Shown piece after piece: positions 23,645 to 34,341 of a DNA stretch of 44,243 nucleotides. The position numbers and the translations under genes are program-made. The stretch is from Octopus sinensis (taxonomy: Eukaryota), in the NCBI RefSeq assembly GCF_006345805.1, contig NW_021835010.1:1-44243 (forward strand), read 5' to 3'. Position 1 is the stretch's first letter; each line of letters opens with the position of its first letter. The notes beneath the pieces were generated by a model. That model did not search any database, was not told the DNA's origin, and saw nothing but the letters and a program-made list of their open reading frames with translations.

Positions 23645-25168
23645 TAATTTCATAGTGCACGTTTCTTCGGTTTTTGTTGACTGCTTTTTTACAATGCCTA
23701 AAAACAGGAGTTCCAACACTAAGCGAATTTCTTCTATTGTTAAAAAATATCCTAAGGAGTTTTCATCTTCACTGGATGGAAAATTATTCTGCAAATTATG
23801 TAATTCTTACGTAACTACTAATAAGGAATGGTTTATTGATAAGCACAGACATTCTAAAAAGCATATTCTGAGAATCCCAGATACGAATAATACTTTGGAT
23901 ACTCATAGTAAAAATGAGGTTACTGCTGATTGTTTTGCCGTGGATCTTGCAAATGCATTTTTATCAGCAAATATTCCACTTCATAAGTTACGAAATACAT
24001 CGATTATTGATTTTTTAATAAATATGGACATTATGTTCCTTCGGAAACCAAATGCAGAGACATTGTTACATTTCTTGGTGAAAGGATGGTTTCACAAATT
24101 ATTAACACAGTTTCAAGTGAATAAATTGTTTTAATGATTGACGAAAGTGATTTTGGAATTGTCTTGTTGGAACGTTAAAAAATCCACAAGAATATTTTTT
24201 AATTGATTGTATTGCAATTAATATAGCTCCCAATTCCGCGATTATATGTCAAATTATTGATGACGTCATTCGCAAACTCAATGTTGATAGGAAAAATTTT
24301 TATTTACTTATTTCTGATGCTGCTTCATATATGGTTTCTTCTGGAAAAGTATTATAGCAATTATATTCAAATCTATTCCATGTCACTTGTGTGCCGCATT
24401 TATTACATAATTGTGCCTTCAGAATAAATCACATTATCCAGAGGTAGATAAATTAATATCGTGCGTCAAAGCACTTGTTGTCAAAAATAATTCACGACGT
24501 CAATTATTTACAGAAATTGATATCCACCCGAGCCCATTGTAACTAGATTGGGCTGTTGGTTAAATGATGCTGACTATTATGCAAAAAATTTAACACAAAT
24601 CATCAATATTTGTAATGGTATAGAAGAGGAATCTTTATTGATACAAAGAGCAAAGGAATCCGTTATGAATGAATTTCTTCATACGAATTTAGAAGACATA
24701 AGCCGGGAATATCATTTATTAACAGATATTTTAATGGAAATTGAATCTAATAAATTCACTATTTCAAGAGCGTATCATTTTTTGAAAAATGTTGATTTTA
24801 AAGAAGATTCCTGCAAAATTCGAGACTACATAAGCTTACGAATTTCAAGAAACGACATTTTCAAAATAATGGAGTTATCTAAGCTACCAATTACTCCATT
24901 TCACCACGCATTATTATTGGATTGCCCGGCAACATCGTGTGAAGTAGAAAGATCATTTTCTATTCTTCACAAAATTTTAACCAAAGATAGAAATTTCCTA
25001 CCTGAAAATGTTAAATATTATTTAATGTTGTGCTTTAATAAATAAATTTCTGTTTCTTAGGGCAACTTTTTATGCATATTATGTCAACTTTTTTATTTTT
25101 TAAAGCAATTTAGTTGACTTTTAAGGTCAATTTTTTACATTTTTAAGAGCAACTTTCCGGTTGCCCTA
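23645..25168 (+). mobile_element. hAT-family transposon relic, left end missing
   Basis: N-terminal LFCKLC...DKHRHSKKH zinc finger; LLISDAASYM and CVPHLLHNC; C-terminal PATSCEVERSFS dimerisation motif. Right end CCGGTTGCCCTA is followed by the 8-bp CTTATAAG. Confidence 0.8.
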
Positions 25169-25340
25169 CTTATAAGTTAGATTGTTCTAAAACACGCTTC
25201 GGCAAAACGCGGCCCGCCAAGAAATTTTTCCAACTAACATGGCCCGCGGGCAAATTAATATTTATATATAAATTTTATCTATTATTAAAAATTAAATAAA
25301 TTTCTAAACGTGTTATAATTCTTTGTGGTAAATTTTATAT

Positions 25341-25601
25341 GACGCTCAAGTGAAAATAATTCTACTGGTTTTGACTTGGGACGGGCTCGTTTCCAAGTTT
25401 TTTAAGAATTACATTGAAATCTTGGCTATCGAAGACGGAATTCAGTCTTATATACAGTCAATTGTGTTGAATAAAACCTTGGAGAGTATGATTGTCGAGT
25501 ACAGGCACGGGATAAGAGTCACTGAAGAGGAGATAAATTCAGCCAGTAGCCTCTTAATTGAGGCAAGTCATTCGTACGAAGATGATATGTTGAATGAGTG
25601 A
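25341..25601 (+). mobile_element. C-terminal fragment of a probable REL-type non-LTR retrotransposon
   Basis: VLTWDGLVSKF...SYIQSIVLNKTLES resembles the post-endonuclease tail of an REL-type family (from recall, not searched). Confidence 0.45.
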
Positions 25602-25843
25602 AAAAGAGTCGTAACTAACTTGGAGATAGAGGAGCATGGAGATTTGTTAGTTACTTCCTCTTCTAAAAAAAGGAGATTAACCTCCAGCGGACAACGGTCA
25701 GATTAACATAAGTTAAATAATATTAACTTAATTAATCTATGTATGTTTTAAATTTTATTAAAATAATACTAAATTTAGTTAAAATATGCAAGCGTTCCAT
25801 GAATTTTTTGCCCTACTGTTTTTACAGATAAAATCAAAAATAA

Positions 25844-26711
25844 TTATATAAATTTATAAACAAAGTCTACTCTCATAAAAACAGCAGGAAATTTATTCCC
25901 CTTATTTGAACTGACTTTCTTAGCCTCCTCACTCGAATCAAAAATACAAGAATACGCCTCATCGTTAGCCTTACAGTAAACAAATATCCACCAACCAATT
26001 CTTCTTCCCATCTTTCTGAATAAATGATGATGATAACAGATCATTCATCCACTGGTAGAGTTCTTCGACATCCGTGATAGTATAAAGAATTCCCTACCAC
26101 TAAATAACCCATATCTAACCCCCACAGCCATAAGATAGGCCAGTTCGTCCACTGTACTAGAATTAACCAGTCTCCATTTATGCTTTGATTTTTTAAACTG
26201 AGGGTCTGGAAAGAGGATGAAAACTCGCTCCAACTAAATTAATAGATTTTTATACCCAAAACCTGGCCTTTTGAAAAATAGTTAACTAGATATTTCATGG
26301 CATTGGTTCTTATGCAGGCAATGTTTGACAATTCTCCTTCCTCTGCTTTCTGGACCCTCAGTGCTTCTATTTTCTGTCTGACAAAATTTGAAACTTTTTT
26401 GCGTATTTCCATTCCGATTATTAATTTATCGGGAAAAATATTTGAGAGTTTAACTATTGATTATTTATAAATATATTTATTACAGAGAAGGCCTCCAAAA
26501 CCACAGCCTATGTCTACTATTTTGATTGAACTGCTCTCATTACAAGGTAGAGAGAGAGAACTGTATAGTGGTCTCCAATTCCATTCTGATGGTCTTATCG
26601 GACTATTTTAAGTTAAATGGGTAAAGTACATTTCAAAGTTGTCGTCCGACATTGGATTGCAGTGAGCCCTCTGACGGAAAAATTTTTTTGAGGAAGTTTA
26701 ACGTGGACCAT
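25844..26711 (-). CDS. METTL1: tRNA (guanine-N7)-methyltransferase catalytic subunit, 5 tiny introns, with apparent indels
   Basis: [69 protein letters not shown] and SSEEAKKV. Introns of 27, 30, 29, 26 and 26 (or 22) nt. One base is missing in the A7 run (26683-26689) and the frame is disturbed around 26000-26030. Confidence 0.93.
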
Positions 26712-26819
26712 CACTAAATAAAATTAAAATATTTTAACAATTAATTTAAAGAAAATAATATTTTGGTTTAAATTAACCAATTAACCAAGAATTAGAATAG
26801 AATAGACTGCCTATCGGGG

Positions 26820-27610
26820 TTTGTGGAACTTAGAAGGGGAGTCCCGCAGGGTTCTATCTTGAGTCCACTTCTGTTCAACCTCTTCTTGGCGGACATTCCT
26901 CTGCCGTCGATACGTACTGGCAAGCTCGTCATCTATGCTGACGATATCCTGGTCATGGATACCTCGAAAAGGATATCGCAGTCTTGGAGACGACTTAAAT
27001 CATACATTGCAACGCTAAAGATGTGAACTATAGAGAAGGGTTTGATCCTAGCACCGGAGAAGAGCACCATTTCATGGTTGCGGAGAGGGAGTCGCTATGC
27101 GGAGTCGTGTGCATATGCCATGAGTAGTTATGTGATGGATCTCTCAAAAAGCAAAAATCTTTCTTACCTGGGAGCAACCATCAACTGTCGTAGCTTGTAC
27201 GCAGATCATATAGCAAATCAGAGAAAGAGGAGTGTGAGGATCCTCAAAAGCTTAACCAGGTTCCATCTAGATCCGGAAACGTACATCTACGTATACAAAA
27301 CGTGTGTCCAGCCAGTCCTCACATATGGCTACGAGGGCTGGTACGGTACGGAAAGAGTGACTACCTGATCGAACAGTTGGAAAAGACAAGACGTTTCGCT
27401 ATAAAATTGGCTTACGGAGTACAACTTGACGGAAGGTTAAAAGACTCACAAGAATCCTCTGTGTCCACGATCCGGATGGTCTTGGAGAATTGTTGTCAAC
27501 TATGACTACAATTGGGGATACGCATGGAAAGAGACACTTCGGTGCCTTGTTTTTATCTCCCCGTTAATGATTTCTTCCTTGTTTTTCTTTTCGGTCAATA
27601 AATACTATTC
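26820..27610 (+). mobile_element. 5'-truncated Jockey/I-group LINE, diverged sister of 3385-5250
   Basis: LRRGVPQGSILSP, IYADD, CVQPVLTYGYEGWY and LEKTRRFAIKLAYG. The 3' UTR is repeated at 32930-33040. Confidence 0.88.
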
Positions 27611-27639
27611 TAAATTAATTTTCTAATTTTCCAATGATC

Positions 27640-29340
27640 GGCTATATTTTCAAAGTAATTAAATATTCTAACAAATATTGTTCAAAAAAACATGGATTGA
27701 TTGAAAAAGACCTCACTGAGATAGACTTGTTCTACTCTTGCCTGTCTGAATCTTATTCTGAACTTGTTTACTCGTCAATAACTATCATTGCCTGCGACAT
27801 TAACGCCAAATTGGGATTACGAAGAAGCCTGGGTAAAACCTTCATGGGAAAACACGGGAGGGGAATAAGGAACGTGGCAGGAATATTACTCGCCGATTTT
27901 TGTCAGGTAAATTTTGCCGATTTTTGTCGGTCTATTCTTTTGCAACACTGCATTCATGCACCCCGCAAGACACAAAACTACTTGGATAAATGACAAAAAT
28001 TGAAGACGAATTGCAGATTCCGCAGAATTAGCAGAACTAATCGCCGGCCACTTCGAGAAACTGTTTAGATTTAACAGCAAAGGAATTGATGGATATACCG
28101 AGCATCCCAGGAAATTGGAGTTGGAAATAACTCCTGCAGAAGTGCAAAGAGCATGTGCTAAACTCAAAAACAATAAAAGCCCAGGACCAGACGGACTAGG
28201 ACCAGAGCTACTCAAGTATGGAAGTGAAAAACTAAATGTCCTCATTGCGGACCTCTTCGACGGAATGTTTAAAACAAACAACCATTTACCTCTTGGACAA
28301 GGGATACTGGTCTCTGTCCAAAAACCAAACAAAGCTAAGGGAAAAGTGGAGAATCTGAGGCCAGTAATTCTTATGAATAGCATACGGAAAGTTCTTGCAA
28401 TCATTACGCTAGAAAGAATAAAACCTCGCACCGAACTATTTATATCCGCTTTCACAGCGGATTTCGGGAAGAAAGATCGACTTCTGACATCGTGTGGACT
28501 TATAGATGGCATTGTTCCACCATTCAAAGGTTTAAAAATGCGACATACATTCTCGGCATATATATCTCAAGAGCTTTTGACTCGATTAATCGTCAGAAAT
28601 TAATGAAAGTTCTTTGCAGGATTTCTTGATGAATCTTCTATTCTGATGATCAGGGCACTCTTATCAGAAACCTATCTATCGGTCAGGGTACGAGACAAGT
28701 GCTCTAAACCATTTGAAACAACATCTGGAACACCTCAAGGGGATCCGTTATCTCCTATACTGTTTGTTATATATCTGGAAGCTGCATTGAGAGAACTAAA
28801 ACCATACTATGAAAGAAAGATCAATTTGGTGGAATACGCAGATGACGTGGATTTTATTTCTTCCGACAGGGACCCTCTGGAAAGCCTACTGGAGGTGATG
28901 CTAGATAGACTTGCTGAGTGGTTCCTCAATGTAAATGTGGAAAAAAAAAAATTTACTGAACTAGCAAGACAGAAGTCTAAGCTGGACAAACATTGGAGAA
29001 AAGTAAAGAAACTCGGATCTCTATTGGGTGACGAACAATACGTGATTATGCGAAAAACACATGCAAACAGTGCACTACGCAGCTTAAAGGAAAATTGGCT
29101 AAAACGCAAAGGACTCGGCACAAAAACACGGATACGACTATACAATTCATTAGTGAAGCCTATACTCTTATAACGCCGGAACTTGGGGACTTTCCGCTAC
29201 AGACAATGAAAACCTAGACTCTTTCCATAGAGATCACCTCCGACGTACTCTAGCCTTTAAGTGGCATTCAAGGCTGAGTAGCAGAACACTATATGCCAGA
29301 ACATCAAGCAAACCAATCTTGGTCGAAATTATCGAATTTC
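27640..29340 (+). mobile_element. RTE-like LINE relic (APE fragment, internal deletion, RT), 3' end lost
   Basis: IIACDINAKLG...FMGKHGRG, KLKNNKSPGPDG, NLRPVIL, GTPQGDPLSPILF, YADDVDF and RIRLYNSLVKPILL. Confidence 0.88.
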
Positions 29341-29344
29341 TTCT

Positions 29345-32333
29345 AAAGTTAAGCTCCCAAGAACTTCTTTGCTTATCAAACTCACCCTTCTCCTTTTTGG
29401 AGACATTGAACTAAATCCTGGCCCCAGCAAGAAGAACCTATTACGTATCTTGCAGATCAATATCAATGGAATTGCTCAGAAGACTGCTGAACTTTATTCC
29501 TTCCTGGAGAAGCATGACGTGGACATTGCTTTGGTGCAAGAAACGAAGCTCTCGACCAAAAATCGCTTGCCAGATTTCCCTGGTTATTCATACATCCGTC
29601 GGGACAGACCGGGCTCTGTATTGGCAACGATCAAGTGATTGAAATGACAGCTATGACTGTCTCTACAGGATCATCAACCAGAAGACTCACCAATTTATAC
29701 ATACCTCCTCACTTGTCATGTCCTCATGGATGGACCCCTTCTATTCAAAACCTCCAGTCCCTCAACAAAGTCATTATTTATGTTGATATGAACGCAAAGA
29801 GCCCGATATGGCTAAAAAATCAATCTCTCAACTAAAGAGGATCTCTACTTTTCGACGAATTTGATGGTTTAGTTATCCTCAACAATCCCTCATCTCACAC
29901 CAGAACACCGTCAAGGAAAGGCGACGCAATTTCTTCTCCTGACATCTCGCTGTTTACTCCAATTCTGGCCCCTGTTACTTCTTGGAAGGTCATTTACGAC
30001 CTAAATTCTGATCACAACCCGATTATTATTGAGAATTCACTAAAATCCAACATCGACATTCAACGGCGTTGTAATACGAATTACAAAAGAGCTTCCTGGG
30101 ACGACTACCGTCTCGCTCTAGAAAAATCATTAAATGATTTCGACATTATCAACTTTCGTTTGACTAACGCAGCAGTAAATTATCTCAATGCACTTATCAT
30201 CTCCACCTTCAAAAAATTCATTCCTCAAGGAATTATACAAAATTTCTCCCAAAGTTACAGCCACTAAGTAAACGCCATTATAAAGACCCGTAACAAACTG
30301 AAACGGGAAAATGGACAATCTGGTGTGTCCTTTATAGAACTGAGAAATCTAAACAAACAAATCACTGTTGCCATAAATCGGCATATTAACTCGAAGTGGA
30401 ATCAATTTATTGCTTCTATTGATTACAGATCCAATTCCTCCAAAATTTGGTCAACCCTTAAAGGGATGAATCAACTGATGTTTGAAAAGCCAAAATCGCA
30501 TGAATCTGTTGTTTATCGTCCCCGTTCAATGCGCCACTCAATCCGGTTCAGCAGGCTAACACACTAATGAAATATTACACTTCATTAAGTCACAAAACAT
30601 CTAACAAAAACGACCGGAAAGTAACCAAATCTCTTAGAAGACTTCCCGTCAAAGATTCTATACCGACTTTCACTGCGGAGGATGTCTCGCAATGCATTAA
30701 AAACTCCAAAATTCCCCTGCAAATCGCCCTGACAACATTTCAATCTATCATCTCAAAAGACTAGGCCCTAATGCTATCAAAGCAATAGTCTCTATTTTAA
30801 TCCCTTCCCAAACATTTTCCAACGTCCCATAGTCAACATGGTTTTAAGCCACTGCACTCAACAACTACTCACTTAACAACACTTTCGCAATCTGTCCTGG
30901 ACGGCTTCAATGAGAAGAGACCCCCAAAACGAACAGTACTAGTTTCAATCGATGTCTCAAAGGCGTTTGACAGCGTCCCTCGGTGTGGACTCATCCACAA
31001 AATTTTAAAAACAGACCTAAACTCAAACCTCAAATCCTGGCTTGCAAACTTCTTATCGGGTCGAATGGGATACGTCTCCCTTATGGACCACTGTTCAAAA
31101 CAACGCTATCTTTCAAATGGGGTACCGAAGGGTTCTGTGTTGTCCCCTTCCCTGTTCAACTTATATTTACATGACTTTCCGGCTAATGCCCCAAACAACT
31201 TGACATTATCTTACGCAGATGACATTATCATTGCTTCTAAACACGCAGATTACATATCAGCCTCTCTCAACATCCAGCAACAATTATACTCTGTTGAGAA
31301 TTGGTTCATTGAAAACAGACTCGAGGCTTCACCCTCGAAATTGTCGGTCACCTTATTTTCTTCCGACAGAAGATAATCAAACCTTCACCCGAAGTTATCT
31401 CTCTTTGTTTTGACCTCCCACTATGCAAAAACCCTACTATCCTCGGACTTACTTTTGATCCAACTATGTCCTTCAACAAGCATGTCTCTAACATTTCTGA
31501 CAAGGCAAACAGACGCACAAACATACTAAAAGCAATAATTGGTCACATTACAGGCGCCCAGAAGTCACTTCTCAAACGAGTTTACAAACAATACATTACA
31601 GGCCCCCAGAAGCCCGTATTAGGTTATGCGAGTCCAAGCTGGGCGCCCTGTCTATTCATAAACTCGACAATGGCACTTCAATCAGTACAAAACAAGGCCA
31701 TGCGCACAATATCTGGGTGTCTGAAATTAACCCAAATTGATAACCTTCACTGTGAAACGAACCTTTCGCCAATTGAAGATCATCTAAACATGAGAGGAGC
31801 GCAATTTTTATTTGCATCTCGAATTCCCTATCATCCATTTTCTGCTCTAAATGTGCTAAACGGAAGAACACGGCGGCGAATCTATATTCCCGGATCCTTG
31901 CAAAAATCGACGGCTTGCACCAATTTCCATACCCGATGAGGAAAATTCACAATTTGATATCCACATCAGCTATTCTTAACTGACGCCCAACTCTGTACTC
32001 AATAAACCTCCTCCTGACGTTCACTATTCTGAATTGCTTCTCGACCGTTCAGCTCAGACAAACTTGACTCGTTTCCGTTCTGGTCATCACTCCTCATTAA
32101 ACCACTATGAACACAAAATGGACATCTCGATCTTCCCCTTTTGTCCCATTTACCATGCTGACGAGCACACAACTGCGTATCTATTCCGCTGTCCTGGTCT
32201 TCCTTCGCTCCGTAAAAAATTTGCCATTCACTCCCCGGAGGTCCTATGGAAGCAACCTGGGAGGGCAGTGTTGTTTCTGCAAGCTGCTGGTCTCATAACT
32301 TAATGTGAAATCGGGTTTATGCAACAACAACAA
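29345..32333 (+). mobile_element. Near full-length APE-type LINE (I/Jockey group) with 2A-like leader and (CAA)n tail, multiply disrupted
   Basis: GDIELNPGP, LRILQININGI, LVQETKL, DMNAKS, SDHNPII, DVSKAFDSV, GVPKGSVLSP, YADD and C-terminal RFRSGH...CP...EHTT.YLF.CP. Tail CAACAACAACAA at 32322-32333. Confidence 0.9.
29399..29425 (+). other. 2A-like ribosomal skip (StopGo) motif GDIELNPG/P
   Basis: Exact match to G-D-[VI]-E-x-N-P-G-P, preceded by a Leu-rich helix and immediately followed by the APE domain. Confidence 0.75.
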
Positions 32334-32869
32334 GTAAGTTGAAGATTCGCCAATATTTATGTCGAGGAGTGTATTGTAGTCGAGATCCAGTCGAAAGACT
32401 TTCATGAAACCTTTCAGAGTTTGGCCTATCTAGTGACCCAGAGAACAACTTAATTTCATTTATGAAGATGAGATGTTGGTGCTAAAACACCGTCTATCGT
32501 GTGCAGCCGACATTTGTTAAGTTGGGATACTTCGGCAAGAGATATATTTATAAAAGCGGTTTCAACCCACCATGGTAAATTTTTCAGATCTGAGTCATAT
32601 GTCAAATCAATCATTTCCAATTGTAAGTTAGCTGCTAGATGCGAAATATTTGTAGTAAATATGATCACTGCATATTCCCGTAAAAGTTCACAGAAAATTT
32701 CAAAACATGTCTAGAATTGTCGAAGCAATCCTCTTATTTTCTTCCAATAACGATACATATCAAAATTTGATGTTGTGGAAATTACAACTTTCAAAAAAGA
32801 AAAATGTCCAGTGTTTCTCACTGTCAATTGTGTCTCCTTCAACATTAGTTTCATAATGAAAGCATGTAT

Positions 32870-33040
32870 TTTGACCCTCACATATGGCGACGAGGACTGG
32901 TTCGGTACTTTAAATAATTATAATTAGGGTTAGCATGGAAAAAGACGCTTCGGTGCCTTGTTTTTATCTCTCCGTTAATGATCTTTCCTTTATTTTATTG
33001 GTTATGGTTTTTCCTGAACAATAAAAAACTATTCTATTCT
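32870..33040 (+). mobile_element. Internally deleted 3' end of the 26820-27610 LINE family
   Basis: CCTCACATATGGC...TGGTTCGGTAC fused to GCATGGAAAAAGACGCTTCGGTGCCTTGTTTTTATC. Ends in a (CTATT)n tail. Confidence 0.7.
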
Positions 33041-33069
33041 ATCTTCAAAAAGGAGATAGTTTGAATTTG

Positions 33070-33900
33070 AATCATTTTTGTCGAGAAGTGAAGAACAAGG
33101 TCTCTACACGGTTAGATTTTAACGGTAATATATTATTCTCCACATAAACCAATAAATATATTAGCAGTGATATCAGCAGAGGAGAGCCTGAAATAAACAT
33201 CATGAATGAGACACTCATCTCGGCACTGTTCAATAATATGTCTGTAATCCCAAGTGGTATTTGTCTCCAACGGCTCCTTGGTTATAAACCCAAAGGCGTA
33301 GATATCCAGTCGATAGTTTATACTCCCTTCCACAACTCGGGCGCCATGTATGCAGAGGATCCTACTTTTGAATGACAAAGACTCCTGAGGTAGCTTGAAG
33401 CAATGGGCAAATTCAAAGTAACAGAGGACGACATTCTTGCAGTCATCTGAGACCAGAAAGTTGTCAGGTTTTATGTCTTTGAACAATCGAACGCGAATGA
33501 ATATAAGCCACATAAGTTGCGGCACATGCCATCAACCAAACCAAGTTTCCAGGATTTGAATTTTTTTCTACGAATAAAATCAAGTTTGCTACATTATGTA
33601 TGTGCCAGGACAGTGATGCTTGGAGATTATGTGAAACCAACACAGCCTACGCAGTGTTGCCGATGGTCCTTTGAAATGGCAAGGTACCCAAATATTGTTA
33701 AATCATTGTGAAATAAGTCGCTGTTCGCGTATCTTATAATAGCTACGTCATGATTGCCAAATTTCTCATGCAAAATTCCACTTTCATTTAATAGGTACTG
33801 TGGCGTAAATATATATGATAACACTTTCATCAAATCAAACACAGCAAAACAAACTACGGACTCTTTCACTACGCTTTTCACATTTGAATTGGGAAGCAGC
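33070..33900 (-). pseudogene. Decayed TGF-beta/activin type II receptor-like Ser/Thr kinase domain
   Basis: DIKPDNFLV, a degraded DFG (YFEFA), frameshifted VGSSAYMAPE-VEGSINYRLDIYAFG and DECLIHDVYFRLSSA. These parallel VGTRRYMAPEVLEGAIN...IDMYAMG and ECWDHDAEARLSA of type II receptors. Several stops and frameshifts. Confidence 0.7.
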
Positions 33901-34341
33901 GTGTTTGGGACGTCACCTGTGCCGACTCTTTTGCCAAGGGAGCCTTGAATTCCACTGCTTGTTGACCGGTTCGTCGGCCGAGGAGGTCTAATCCACGAAA
34001 CTCACGAAATACAAGGATTTGTGCGATCGCCTTTGCTTTTTGGCAATTCACGTTTAGACTTCACTGTGTTTTCGGGGCCAAGACGCTTACTCATCAAAAG
34101 AAACTTGGCCGTCTGTGCACCCATCGCTCCAGAGATCCCAGGGAATTTATATTCCTTATTCAGAGAATCAAGTTGGCTGTTTTACGCGTGAAATGTCTCT
34201 CAATCCTGCGAGCCGGTACTTAATAACTAGCTTATTCCGTTTTCCATTTAGTTATAAATGTTTAAAAAAATGTGTTTAACACAAAATTAATGTAATATAT
34301 ATAAATTATTTTTATTATAAAAATTAATTCGTAAAATAGCA

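Noticed and set aside
25195-25255. Paired GCGGCCCGC/GGCCCGCGG motifs like Charlie-type hAT subtermini
   Set aside because: No terminal repeat or TSD was found, and the stretch is too short to call.
32340-32870. Decayed coding-like stretch on the minus strand (ORF 32456-32668)
   Set aside because: No recognisable motif and several stops. The same applies to 15300-15700, 18950-19450 and 21800-22340.
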